Source: a bacterium
GTDB taxonomy: Bacteria > Electryoneota > JAOADG01
DNA length: 64,000 bases
Direction of reading: 5' to 3'
Assembly (NCBI GenBank): GCA_963681965.1
Contig: OY820579.1
Span: forward strand, 1,856,001-1,920,000
The notes below the pieces were generated by a model that saw only the letters and a list, made by a program, of their open reading frames with translations, ran no database searches and was not told where the DNA came from. A program made the translations under genes and the position numbers. Shown here piece after piece: positions 53,470 to 62,937 of this stretch (the first letter of the stretch is position 1; the number at the start of each line of letters is the position of its first letter).

Positions 53470-53886
53470 CTACGCTTCGAATCGACTGAAAAACAGAATG
53501 GTTTCAAATCCATCGGGGAGGATCCGCGTTTGTACTGCGCTGCAATAGTGATGCAGAATCAGGAAACCACGACCGTGATCGCGCATCAGATTTTCCGGTG
53601 CAGTAGGATCGGGCAGGGAATTTGGATCAAACCCATGTCCGGAATCTTTTACGTGGATTTGTAGATAATCGGGAAAACTATCGATCGTTATTTCTACCGG
53701 AATTTCCGGATTGGAAAGGTTCCCGTGATGGATCGAATTGTTCACTGCTTCGGTGACAATCAAACCCAGAGTACTACAGCGATGTGGATCAAAACCATTT
53801 GCTATGCCGGCTGCTTCGGCAAATTCTTCGATCTCAGAAAGTCGATTGGGATCGGAGGGAACTTTCAGATAGAAATGCTCACCCAT
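53470..53886 (-). CDS. rsbW: Anti-sigma factor Ser kinase (RsbW-like HATPase)
   Basis: EAVNNSIHHGN, DSGHGFD, GRGF. Confidence 0.85.
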   Translation of the reverse strand: MGEHFYLKVPSDPNRLSEIEEFAEAAGIANGFDPHRCSTLGLIVTEAVNNSIHHGNLSNPEIPVEITIDSFPDYLQIHVKDSGHGFDPNSLPDPTAPENLMRDHGRGFLILHHYCSAVQTRILPDGFETILFFSRFEA

Positions 53887-55282
53887 TGGATCCTTCCTGA
53901 CCATACACGATTGAAAGCAGCGTCATATCGTCACTGAATTCTTTACCGTTTAAATGAGTCGCTGCGGCGCGTCGAACGGTATCGATCACTGTTTGTGCGT
54001 TTGGTCCTTGAAGTTCTTTAACGGTATCCACCAATCGTTTGATACCGAACATTCCTTGCGAATTGGATTCTGCTTCAGTGACACCATCAGTATAAAGCAG
54101 CAGATGATCGCCCGGATTAAATTCAATGCGGGTCTCTTCCCATTCCCCTTCGGGAAATGCGCCTACTGGAACACCACCTCGAGACAGTAGTTCAACCTCG
54201 CCATTACTGCGAAAGAGAATGCCGGGATTGTGTCCAGCATTGGTATAAGTTAGGATTTGTTTATTGCAATCGATAACACCGTAGAAAAGCGTTACAAATT
54301 CGCCCGGACGCGATGTAGAATGGAGGAATCGATTGATATGGTCGATGATCTGACCGATTGCGTATGTGTTTCTTGCTTCGACTCGAAGCGAACCGCGCAA
54401 CCCCGCCATGATCAGTGCTGCTGGTACCCCTTTTCCGGCAACATCGGCAATTACAATCCCGACATCTTTATCGGTTAACGGAAAGAAATCGTAATAATCA
54501 CCACCAACCAATTCCGACGGGTAACTATACCCTTTCATCTCGAGACCGTATAGCTCATCATCGGCAGGGAGGAGGGATTGTTGAATTCTTCGTGCAACAG
54601 CTAGTTCTTCGTTGATGCGCTGTTGGTGTAAGACCTGATGATACATCTGAGCACGTTCGATGGCAACTGCCGCATTCGAGGCTAGCGTAGCAACTAAATC
54701 GGCATCGTCGTTGTCGTATGCATTGAGATTGTTCGATTCTAAATTGAATACGCCGATAACTTCACCGGTTGCCTGAGAAAACATCGGTACTGCCAGCTCG
54801 CTACGGGTTCCGATCCGAGCCGAGATATAATTCGGATCTTTTCGAACATCGGGGATGCACTCGGTTCGTCCCGTCTGAACGATGCGTCCAACGATACCTT
54901 CACCTAGTTTTTGATGCACTTTCTCGTAAGCATCGGTTAAATATCCTCGAAGATACTCGGCGGCGATTTCATTATGATCGACGATCAACACGGCAACCGC
55001 ATCGAATGGAATAATTTTCGCCAAACCATCGACGATTTGTGTCAAAATATCGTCGAGACCGATCGCACGCGAAAGCGACATGGCTACTTCGGAGAATAAC
55101 TCGTATCGCATCCGTTGCGATTCGGATTTATCCCAAGCTGCCAAAGAAAGGTGAATTGAGGAGAGTAATTCTTGATTCTGCTCGAAATCGGTCGATCGAA
55201 GGTTTCGTTCGACAGTTTCGAGTCGCGAGTGAATTCGCTTTAGGAGCGCTTGCTCCTCGGTTAATTGGAACGCTTTGCGCAT
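53879..55282 (-). CDS. rsbU: GAF-domain PP2C/SpoIIE phosphatase (RsbU-like)
   Basis: GAF domain (GEGIVG...SELAVP); VGGDYYD, IADVAGKG, NAGH, YTDGVTE and DDMT motifs. Confidence 0.88.
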   Translation of the reverse strand: MRKAFQLTEEQALLKRIHSRLETVERNLRSTDFEQNQELLSSIHLSLAAWDKSESQRMRYELFSEVAMSLSRAIGLDDILTQIVDGLAKIIPFDAVAVLIVDHNEIAAEYLRGYLTDAYEKVHQKLGEGIVGRIVQTGRTECIPDVRKDPNYISARIGTRSELAVPMFSQATGEVIGVFNLESNNLNAYDNDDADLVATLASNAAVAIERAQMYHQVLHQQRINEELAVARRIQQSLLPADDELYGLEMKGYSYPSELVGGDYYDFFPLTDKDVGIVIADVAGKGVPAALIMAGLRGSLRVEARNTYAIGQIIDHINRFLHSTSRPGEFVTLFYGVIDCNKQILTYTNAGHNPGILFRSNGEVELLSRGGVPVGAFPEGEWEETRIEFNPGDHLLLYTDGVTEAESNSQGMFGIKRLVDTVKELQGPNAQTVIDTVRRAAATHLNGKEFSDDMTLLSIVYGQEGSNG

Positions 55283-55292
55283 GATAGATTGA

Positions 55293-55637
55293 TTAGACGC
55301 GAGTCAAAGCTTCTTCGACGGTCGGAGAAGTTTGGAAGATACTGCTTAACCGAGTCATGACTAGAACCGATTCGATTTTACCGGTAACGCGCGCGAGGTA
55401 AAGTGAGCCTCCGGCATTCGTTATCGAAGTCAAACTTCCGATCAACATGCCTAGACCCATTGAATTCATCCATTCAACTTCACCCAGGTCGATAACATAT
55501 TTCTTGAAGCCACCGGCGATATTCGCTTTGATTTCGTCGGCAACTTCAGACGATTCCGGTCCACCCATCAATTTTCCACGTAAATGAAGTACAACTACTT
55601 CGCCGAATACTGCCGATTTGTGTCTTGTCATTGGCAT
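55293..55637 (-). CDS. rsbV: STAS anti-sigma factor antagonist (RsbV-like)
   Basis: IDLGEVEWMNSMGLGML STAS motif. Confidence 0.85.
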   Translation of the reverse strand: MPMTRHKSAVFGEVVVLHLRGKLMGGPESSEVADEIKANIAGGFKKYVIDLGEVEWMNSMGLGMLIGSLTSITNAGGSLYLARVTGKIESVLVMTRLSSIFQTSPTVEEALTRV

Positions 55638-55771
55638 ATCTGCCTCCTTATCGAATACCTAAAGTAGGGGGTGGAAAGAGGCTAAGCAACCGGAGTTGCC
55701 CATCTAGCTCAATCACCTTATTTTAATTGTTTCAGCAATCGATAATATAATCGCAATTTCAGGAGGATGCA

Positions 55772-57586
55772 TTGAAAAGCGGTATTCGCTATTTCTGGTT
55801 ATTACCTGTCGGGGTAATTCTAATGATGATCGTGATTGGGTGTAGTCACGATCCGGTAATTGCAACAGTTGGAAAATTAAAGATTTATGAAAGTAATCTT
55901 AAGCCCGAAGTGATTCGTCGCGTTCGCGGTGAAGAGAATGCGGCTTTCATGCCCTTGGCAAACCGGTTAGAGCTGCTGGATGGAATTGTTGTCAAGAAAC
56001 TGAAATTGCAGGATGCGTTCGAGCGAAAAATCGATCAGCGCCCGGAATTGGTTCGTGAACGACAAGATCTGTTGTTAAGCAATGCACAACGCCTCCTCTA
56101 CGACAAGGAAGTTCGCGACAAAGTAATTAAGGAATCTGAAGTTAAAGACTTCTGGAAACACATGGACGAAGAAGTCCGGGCTAGCCACATCTTAATCAAA
56201 ATGCCAAAAGATGCGAACAAGATCGAACAGGATGTTTTGAAGAAACGCATCGATTCAATCTATACCTCAGTGACTAAGTCAGGTGCCGATTTTACTGCGA
56301 TCGCTCAACGAACGACCGATGATATCACTACACGCGATGGCGATATCGGGTACTTCCGCTGGGGTCGGATGGTCGATGAATTCCAGTCGGCTGTTTGGTC
56401 ATTGAAAAAAGATGAAATTTCTAAACCATTCAAAACTAGCTATGGCTGGCATATTGCCAAGTTGACCGATCGACGGAAAATCGAACGCCGATCTTATGAC
56501 GAAAGTCGCGATATGGTGTATCAGCAGTTAATGCAGATCCATCGCAACGACTTGATGAAGAAGGCGCAGGAATTTCTTGAGAAACTGTATCAGCGGTACA
56601 ATCTGTTAGTTAAACGAGAAAATATCGCAATGATCGCGGCAAAATTACCGCCGTCGAATCTTACTGCAACCGATCCGTTTGCTTTATTATCCGAAACCGA
56701 AAAAGATCTTCCGCTGGTTTCCTTCAAACCCGGTAAGAACAACTTCGGATCATTCTCCGAGAAGCCGTATTACAAACAGGGAAAAGCCACCGTGCGCTCG
56801 TTGATCGAACGGTTCGCTACCAGTGGTCGTCCCGCTCCAGTGAGTGATAGTGCTGCTTTAAGGGAATTTGCTCAACAAATGGTCGGCGAATGGATCTTGG
56901 GCGACTATGTGATAGAGAAGAATCTTACAAAAGATAAGAAGATTGTCGAAGAGACCGACAAGAGTATGGAGAATGACGTCATTGCTCGCGTGGAAGCCGA
57001 GCAAGTGACCGATCGGGTTGCTCATCCAACCGATGCCGAGTTGCAAACCTATTTGACGCAGAACATGTCACGCTTCGTTTCCATGCCGGCAGTCGATTTA
57101 ATTGAAGTTCTCTTTTCCGATGAGGCTTCGGCGAACAAATACGCGGCAACTGCACATAAACGCGGAAAGATTTCCGAAGCTGAAGCAGCTAAGTTAACAA
57201 AACGTGTCACCGGTGGTCCGAAGAAGGGCTTCTTGGCAAAAGTTTCTCCATCGATGTTTGGGAATATCGGTGCCTATGCAAGCCGCGCGAAAGTGGGCGA
57301 AGTGGTTGGTCCGATCAAAGAAGGTCCCAATTTCAGTGTCTTCCAAGTGAAAACTCGCTATCCTCAGGAACCCCTGACATTAGAAACCGGACGGGATCAA
57401 ATTACTTCTGCATACAAGCAAGAACGTAGCAGTCAATTGATGAAAGAATGGGTCACATCGCTCCGAACGAAGTACAAAACGACAATCATCGAAGAGCGGG
57501 TGAAGGCAATGTTTGGTGGTGTCAAACAACCTGATTCGACCAAAACGAAGGGTAGTCCGATCAAACCACCGCTTGGTGGTCGATAA
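55772..57586 (+). CDS. Parvulin-type PPIase lipoprotein (PrsA/SurA-like)
   Basis: Lipobox VIGC, EVRASHIL, GDIGYF, KTSYGWHI; second degenerate parvulin domain. Confidence 0.85.
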   Translation: MKSGIRYFWLLPVGVILMMIVIGCSHDPVIATVGKLKIYESNLKPEVIRRVRGEENAAFMPLANRLELLDGIVVKKLKLQDAFERKIDQRPELVRERQDLLLSNAQRLLYDKEVRDKVIKESEVKDFWKHMDEEVRASHILIKMPKDANKIEQDVLKKRIDSIYTSVTKSGADFTAIAQRTTDDITTRDGDIGYFRWGRMVDEFQSAVWSLKKDEISKPFKTSYGWHIAKLTDRRKIERRSYDESRDMVYQQLMQIHRNDLMKKAQEFLEKLYQRYNLLVKRENIAMIAAKLPPSNLTATDPFALLSETEKDLPLVSFKPGKNNFGSFSEKPYYKQGKATVRSLIERFATSGRPAPVSDSAALREFAQQMVGEWILGDYVIEKNLTKDKKIVEETDKSMENDVIARVEAEQVTDRVAHPTDAELQTYLTQNMSRFVSMPAVDLIEVLFSDEASANKYAATAHKRGKISEAEAAKLTKRVTGGPKKGFLAKVSPSMFGNIGAYASRAKVGEVVGPIKEGPNFSVFQVKTRYPQEPLTLETGRDQITSAYKQERSSQLMKEWVTSLRTKYKTTIIEERVKAMFGGVKQPDSTKTKGSPIKPPLGGR

Positions 57587-57631
57587 GCGAGTAGTATTCG
57601 CAGTGATCGAACCCAATCGATAGGGTAGGCG

Positions 57632-58579
57632 TTGAAACTAAGAATTACTATTCGGTTAGTGATTATTATCGGCGTGGTTGTACTCCTGCTTGTGGGTTGC
57701 AACTCGCGTTCGAATGATCGATTATTGGCGCAAGTCGGTACCTCGAGACTTTGGGAATCCGACTTGCGTCAAATGCTACCGAAAGATCGTCGAGCAATAT
57801 CGGTAGGAGAACTACAATCGACTGTCAATCGCTGGGTTGAGCATCAGTTGCTATTTCAAGAGGCGATGCGTCGCGATTTGACCGAAGATAAAATCTATAA
57901 ACAACAATTGCGCAAAATTCGCGAAGAGTTGATAATATCCCGGTTACGAGAAACAATTATCTCCGATTCTTTTCCCGACGATCAAACATTGAAAGCATAC
58001 TACGCGCGGACACCGACATTGTGGGTGACCCAGACTCCGGAGGTACGCGGTTGGTTTTGGCAATCGACCGACGAGAAGGAAATCACGTCGCTTTGGCGTC
58101 AAACCAGAACAGACTTGGCACCGACCGGCGGAGTCGAATTCGACTGGATGCCGGTATCGAGATTAGGACCATTGACACAAGATCTACTTCGATTGTCGCC
58201 GGGATTTTTTACTCAGCCTGAGCGCTGGGGAAATCGCTGGTTCTTTGTTCAATTAGCCGATCGCCGCGCTGCCGGAGTAGTAAAACCATTTGGCGAAGTA
58301 CGGGAAGAAGTACAATTACACTATTTAATTGATCGCCGCGATGCGAAAATCGATTCACTCACGGCATCGATTCGAAGACGGTTAATTGATAAGAATCAAT
58401 TCTCGATTGCCGATCTATCCGATCTAGCGTATCAAGATCGGTCCAAATCGTATCTCAATTCACCATCTACTTCCCCAAAGCCGGCAGTTTCACCATCACC
58501 GAAACCTGAATCGATGGATGGCGAAGCGATCGAAGAGTTGTTCCGGGATATGGAAAAGTCCGAGCGAAAAGGGAAATAA
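57632..58579 (+). CDS. Degenerate PPIase/SurA-N-like lipoprotein
   Basis: Lipobox LVGC, LAQVG, PFGEVREEV; sits between two parvulin genes. Confidence 0.6.
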   Translation: MKLRITIRLVIIIGVVVLLLVGCNSRSNDRLLAQVGTSRLWESDLRQMLPKDRRAISVGELQSTVNRWVEHQLLFQEAMRRDLTEDKIYKQQLRKIREELIISRLRETIISDSFPDDQTLKAYYARTPTLWVTQTPEVRGWFWQSTDEKEITSLWRQTRTDLAPTGGVEFDWMPVSRLGPLTQDLLRLSPGFFTQPERWGNRWFFVQLADRRAAGVVKPFGEVREEVQLHYLIDRRDAKIDSLTASIRRRLIDKNQFSIADLSDLAYQDRSKSYLNSPSTSPKPAVSPSPKPESMDGEAIEELFRDMEKSERKGK

Positions 58580-58622
58580 AAAATTCGCTATTGATTAATT
58601 TTACGTTCGCGTAGAAGGAAAA

Positions 58623-59897
58623 ATGAAACCAGTATTTTTAGGTTTGTTATGGTGTTTATTTGCGGTTTCCGGTTGGGCAGATGAAACGATCGATCGGATC
58701 GTGGCGCAGGTTGGCGACGATCCAATTTTGGAAACGGAATTACTGCAAGCAGCGATGTTGGAAGCACAGAATTCTGGAATTGATCTCTCGAAAGACGATT
58801 CTAAATTGGATTCGCTGAAACATCAGGTATTGAAATCGATCGTCGATTTTCGAGTCTTATTGGAAGTAGCAAAAAAAGATACCAATATCAAAGTTGCGGA
58901 AGCCGAAGCCAAAGGCAAAGCGGATGAAGATTATCAGCGGATGAGCCGGCAGGTTGGCGGTGAAGCGGCCTTGGCAGAACGATTTGGCATGCCGACTCGG
59001 AAGATCAAAAAGACCCTTGAAGACAATGCGCGAAATCAACTGTATGTGCAGCGCTATTCCGAATCGAAACTGAATAATCTTCGCGTGACGAAAGAGGAAG
59101 TCGAGAAATTCTGGAAGGATAATCAATCGCAATTTCCCGAGCTACCCCCGGCAATTCGGTTGGAAAATATTTTAATTACTGTGAAACCAACCGATGAATC
59201 GCGAACGAATGCGCTGAAACGAGCCGATTCGATCGCTACTCTTGCCCAACATGGAAGCGATTTTGCGGAATTGGCAAAAAAATTATCCGACGACGAAATG
59301 TCTGCGAAAACGGGTGGGGATCTTGGCGAATCGACACGCGGAACATTTCTTCCGGAATTCGAAGCTGCGTCATTTAAACTGTCCGAAGATGGAATCAGCG
59401 ATCCGATAGAAACATCTTACGGATTCCACATTATTAAATTACATTGGAAACGGGGCAACAAATTCCATGTTTCCCATATTCTGGTTTCTTTGCGTCCGAC
59501 AGCTTCCGATAGTGCCGCAACAAAATTACTGGTAAAGAATATTTCCGATTCATTGAAAGCCGGTATCGCTTTCGAAAAATTGGCAAAAACGTATTCGCAC
59601 GATATTGAAACTGCTAGCCGAAATGGCGATATGGGCTGGTTCGATAAATCGAAAATTCCCGACCAGTTTGCCGAGCCGGTAAAATCGCTGAAACTGGGAG
59701 AATGGGTCGGACCGATTACGATCAAAGGTGGATTTCATTTCCTTAAACTCGCTGAGAGCCGCGATCGACGAAAACCCGATATTAAACTTGATTGGGATCG
59801 TATCGAACGCATTGCTCAAGCCAATGCACGTACCGACGCTTACCAAAAATTGGTTGATAATCTTCGAAAAGATGTTTTCATTCAGTTCCGGAAATAA
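58623..59897 (+). CDS. surA: SurA-like periplasmic chaperone/PPIase
   Basis: IDRIVAQVGD N-domain and two parvulin domains (GGDLG...TSYGFHII; GDMGWF...GFHFLK). Confidence 0.85.
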   Translation: MKPVFLGLLWCLFAVSGWADETIDRIVAQVGDDPILETELLQAAMLEAQNSGIDLSKDDSKLDSLKHQVLKSIVDFRVLLEVAKKDTNIKVAEAEAKGKADEDYQRMSRQVGGEAALAERFGMPTRKIKKTLEDNARNQLYVQRYSESKLNNLRVTKEEVEKFWKDNQSQFPELPPAIRLENILITVKPTDESRTNALKRADSIATLAQHGSDFAELAKKLSDDEMSAKTGGDLGESTRGTFLPEFEAASFKLSEDGISDPIETSYGFHIIKLHWKRGNKFHVSHILVSLRPTASDSAATKLLVKNISDSLKAGIAFEKLAKTYSHDIETASRNGDMGWFDKSKIPDQFAEPVKSLKLGEWVGPITIKGGFHFLKLAESRDRRKPDIKLDWDRIERIAQANARTDAYQKLVDNLRKDVFIQFRK

Positions 59898-59908
59898 CCG
59901 AGGTCGAT

Positions 59909-60688
59909 ATGCTTTTGAATTCCAGTTGGAAGCTACTCCTTCTTCTGCTTATTGCCTCAACTCTGGCAATGGCGCAAGATACTTCTTTCGATGATGAGGA
60001 ATTTCAGCCGATCAAAGGGCATCCCGGATTTTTCGCCTCCGGCGGTTTGATCATGCAAACTCTTACACCGGATCTGACACCGATCAATGATGAAATCGCA
60101 AGAATGGGGATTCCGAAGCTCAAAAAGACAATGTTCCTAACGGGCTTTCAAGCATTCGGTTCGGTTCAGAAATTTCGGATCGGTATTTTTTATCTATTCG
60201 GATCAAATTCTACTTCCGGTACTGTGCAAGATACCACTTCTAACGGCGCCGCAGTTTTTCCAAAGCGGGATGTCAGTCTTACCGCATCGATAACCGGAAT
60301 CTCAACCGGATATCGGATCACCTTACCGAATTCAATTGAATTAGAACCGGGACTTTGGTTGGGGTATAGTTCAATGCAACTCGAATTAATGCAGCGGTTG
60401 GGTGACGGAGAATGGAGTGATGCTTGGGAGCCATTTCAACGATACAGTTCGAGCGCGGTGAGCAATCATACCCAGATGACGTTGAAAACTTCTTATTATT
60501 TTGTTCAACCTGGTGTACTTGTACGGTATTATCCAAAATCGTGGTTGGCGATCGGGATCGGTGCTCAATATGTTCTTCCCCTATCAAACCCGAATAAATG
60601 GAAATTTGGAGGCGAAACAATTTCGAACGGAAAAAAAGTCGATGTGGGGAGTGCAAACGGAGTTTTAACAGTCTCTTTTGGAATTTAA
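59909..60688 (+). CDS. Putative small outer-membrane beta-barrel protein
   Basis: Signal peptide, alternating amphipathic strands, C-terminal LTVSFG. Confidence 0.55.
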   Translation: MLLNSSWKLLLLLLIASTLAMAQDTSFDDEEFQPIKGHPGFFASGGLIMQTLTPDLTPINDEIARMGIPKLKKTMFLTGFQAFGSVQKFRIGIFYLFGSNSTSGTVQDTTSNGAAVFPKRDVSLTASITGISTGYRITLPNSIELEPGLWLGYSSMQLELMQRLGDGEWSDAWEPFQRYSSSAVSNHTQMTLKTSYYFVQPGVLVRYYPKSWLAIGIGAQYVLPLSNPNKWKFGGETISNGKKVDVGSANGVLTVSFGI

Positions 60689-60719
60689 GATGTATTATAT
60701 GTCTGTCTGGATAGAACGT

Positions 60720-60739
60720 GGGGTGCTTTCCAGCACCCC
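60720..60739 (+). terminator. Hairpin after the surA cluster
   Basis: GGGGTGCT-ttcc-AGCACCCC. Confidence 0.5.
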
Positions 60740-60807
60740 TCTATCTCTATCTTTTTTACAAGAATAACGATAGACAACAGTAAGTAACTTCAATTCGAGG
60801 ATAAGTA

Positions 60808-62526
60808 ATGAAACGGTTTGAAATGCGGGTCGATCCACTTACCCAGGAAGTGTTCTACGCGATTGGAACCAAAGGGTACTCGTTAATGGAAGATCCGTTG
60901 CTTAATAAAGGGAGTGCCTTTACCAATTCCGAACGGGTGGAATTTGGTTTGACCGGTTTGCTTGCGGAATCGGTTGGAACACTTGATATGCAGCTAGCGC
61001 GTGCCTATGGCAATTATCAGGCAAAAAGCACTGATATGGAACGCTACATCACCTTGATGGGTCTGCTAGACCGCAATGAAACGTTGTTTTATGCCCTGCT
61101 GACGAAACACATCTCGGAAATGCTACCGATCGTTTATACCCCCACTGTCGGACAAGCGTGCTTGAAAATGTCGCACATTATTCGACGATACCGGGGTTTA
61201 TACGTTTCCGAAAACAATATTCACAGTGCAGAGGAAATGCTTCACAACGTCGGATTACCGGATGTATCGCTCATCGTTGTGACAGACGGAGAACGCATTC
61301 TAGGATTAGGCGATTTGGGTGTCGATGGAATGGGTATCCCGATTGGTAAACTAGCTCTCTATGTCGCAGCGGCAGGAATTCATCCCGCATCTACACTCCC
61401 AATTTGTCTAGACGTTGGAACTAATAACGAACGGTTGTTGAACGATCCGATCTATATCGGAACCCGCAAACCACGCATGACCGGAGACGCGTATTACGAT
61501 TTTATTGAACGATTTGTTCAAGGTGTCAGACGTGTTTATCCGAGAGCACTGTTGCAATGGGAAGATTTTGGTAAATCGAATGCATTCAATCTATTACATC
61601 GATATCAAAATCGTTTACCCAGTTTTAACGACGATATTCAAGGAACGGGTGCAACCGCTGCCTCGGCACTTCTAACTGCAAAGAAAATCACAGGTCGAAA
61701 ACTCTCCGATGAGCGAATCGCTATCTTGGGTTTCGGTCAGGCTGGAAGTGGGGTTGCAAATGCGATCGCAACTAGTATCGAGCGTGAAGAAGGACTATCT
61801 ATCGAAGAAGCCAGAAAAAATATCTATCCCGTTGATATAAATGGTTTATTGCTCGAAGGAATGGAAGTTGAACCACACCAACAGTATTTCGTTCATGCGC
61901 AGGCTGAAATTGCGAATTGGAAATTCGATAAGTCACGACCACCTCAACTCCAAGATGTCATCGAGAATGCGAAAATCACCGTATTGATTGGTCTATCGGC
62001 GCAAACGGGTATTTTTGATCAACATATTTTGGAAAGTGTTGGGAAAAATTCGGATCGACCGATCGTATTTGCCTTGTCGAATCCGACCTCGCGCTCTGAA
62101 ACAACCCCGGAAGCAATCGCAACAGCGACCAATGGGCGTGCTTTAATGGGTTTCGGCAGCCCGTTTACCCCATTCGATTACGGAAACTTCCATCATCCCT
62201 GTACTCAGTGTAACAATCTCTATATCTTCCCGGGTGTTGGTCTGGGAGCGATTGTCGCACAGGCAACGAAGGTTACCCCCAGGATGTTCTATGCTGCCAG
62301 CAAAGCGCTTTCCGAATTGGTCTCGGCAGAGGAAAGAGCGAAAAATATGCTTTTACCCGGGTTAGATGATATCCGCCACGTTTCGTTTGAAGTCGCGTTA
62401 GCTGTTGGAAAACAAGCACGCGAAGATGGAATCGGGGTAGACATTAGCGATGTCAGATTGGCGCAACTGCTTCGCGATGCCATGTGGGAACCTCACTATT
62501 ATAACTATCGATTTACCAGATACTAA
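60808..62526 (+). CDS. maeA: NAD-dependent malic enzyme
   Basis: LNKGSAF, PIVYTPTVG, VTDGERILGLGDLG, QWEDF, FNDDIQGT, LSNPT. Confidence 0.95.
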   Translation: MKRFEMRVDPLTQEVFYAIGTKGYSLMEDPLLNKGSAFTNSERVEFGLTGLLAESVGTLDMQLARAYGNYQAKSTDMERYITLMGLLDRNETLFYALLTKHISEMLPIVYTPTVGQACLKMSHIIRRYRGLYVSENNIHSAEEMLHNVGLPDVSLIVVTDGERILGLGDLGVDGMGIPIGKLALYVAAAGIHPASTLPICLDVGTNNERLLNDPIYIGTRKPRMTGDAYYDFIERFVQGVRRVYPRALLQWEDFGKSNAFNLLHRYQNRLPSFNDDIQGTGATAASALLTAKKITGRKLSDERIAILGFGQAGSGVANAIATSIEREEGLSIEEARKNIYPVDINGLLLEGMEVEPHQQYFVHAQAEIANWKFDKSRPPQLQDVIENAKITVLIGLSAQTGIFDQHILESVGKNSDRPIVFALSNPTSRSETTPEAIATATNGRALMGFGSPFTPFDYGNFHHPCTQCNNLYIFPGVGLGAIVAQATKVTPRMFYAASKALSELVSAEERAKNMLLPGLDDIRHVSFEVALAVGKQAREDGIGVDISDVRLAQLLRDAMWEPHYYNYRFTRY

Positions 62527-62546
62527 TACTGTTTAATCTTATCAAG

Positions 62547-62576
62547 AACGGGTAGGTTTTATCGAACCTACCCGTT
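62547..62576 (+). terminator. Terminator hairpin after malic enzyme
   Basis: AACGGGTAGGTT-ttatcg-AACCTACCCGTT. Confidence 0.7.
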
Positions 62577-62937
62577 TAATTTATATAAGATCATAAAGCT
62601 AAAGTGAATATAAAGTTAGAACTAATGTGGCAAGATAATTTTCCGTAAGCTTAACATCGCTTTTTTTTGACTGGAAACTTGTTACCTTCAGAGTGGTAGC
62701 AATACTCTTAAGGTGTTCTTATCAGTTTTTATCGTTAAGGTGTATCGTTACAACTGTCGATAATAGCACTGAGTACTACTTTTTCACGACTTGATCGATC
62801 AGTAAACAAGCGCGGCTACTGATTGATGGTTATTTGTCTTCAGTATGCGTAACCATGAAAGCGTGTCATGTCGATCTAGTCGGAAAGTAATCGACGAATT
62901 TGTTTGTAAAGTAATCTACTTTGACCGGAGGCGTCCA

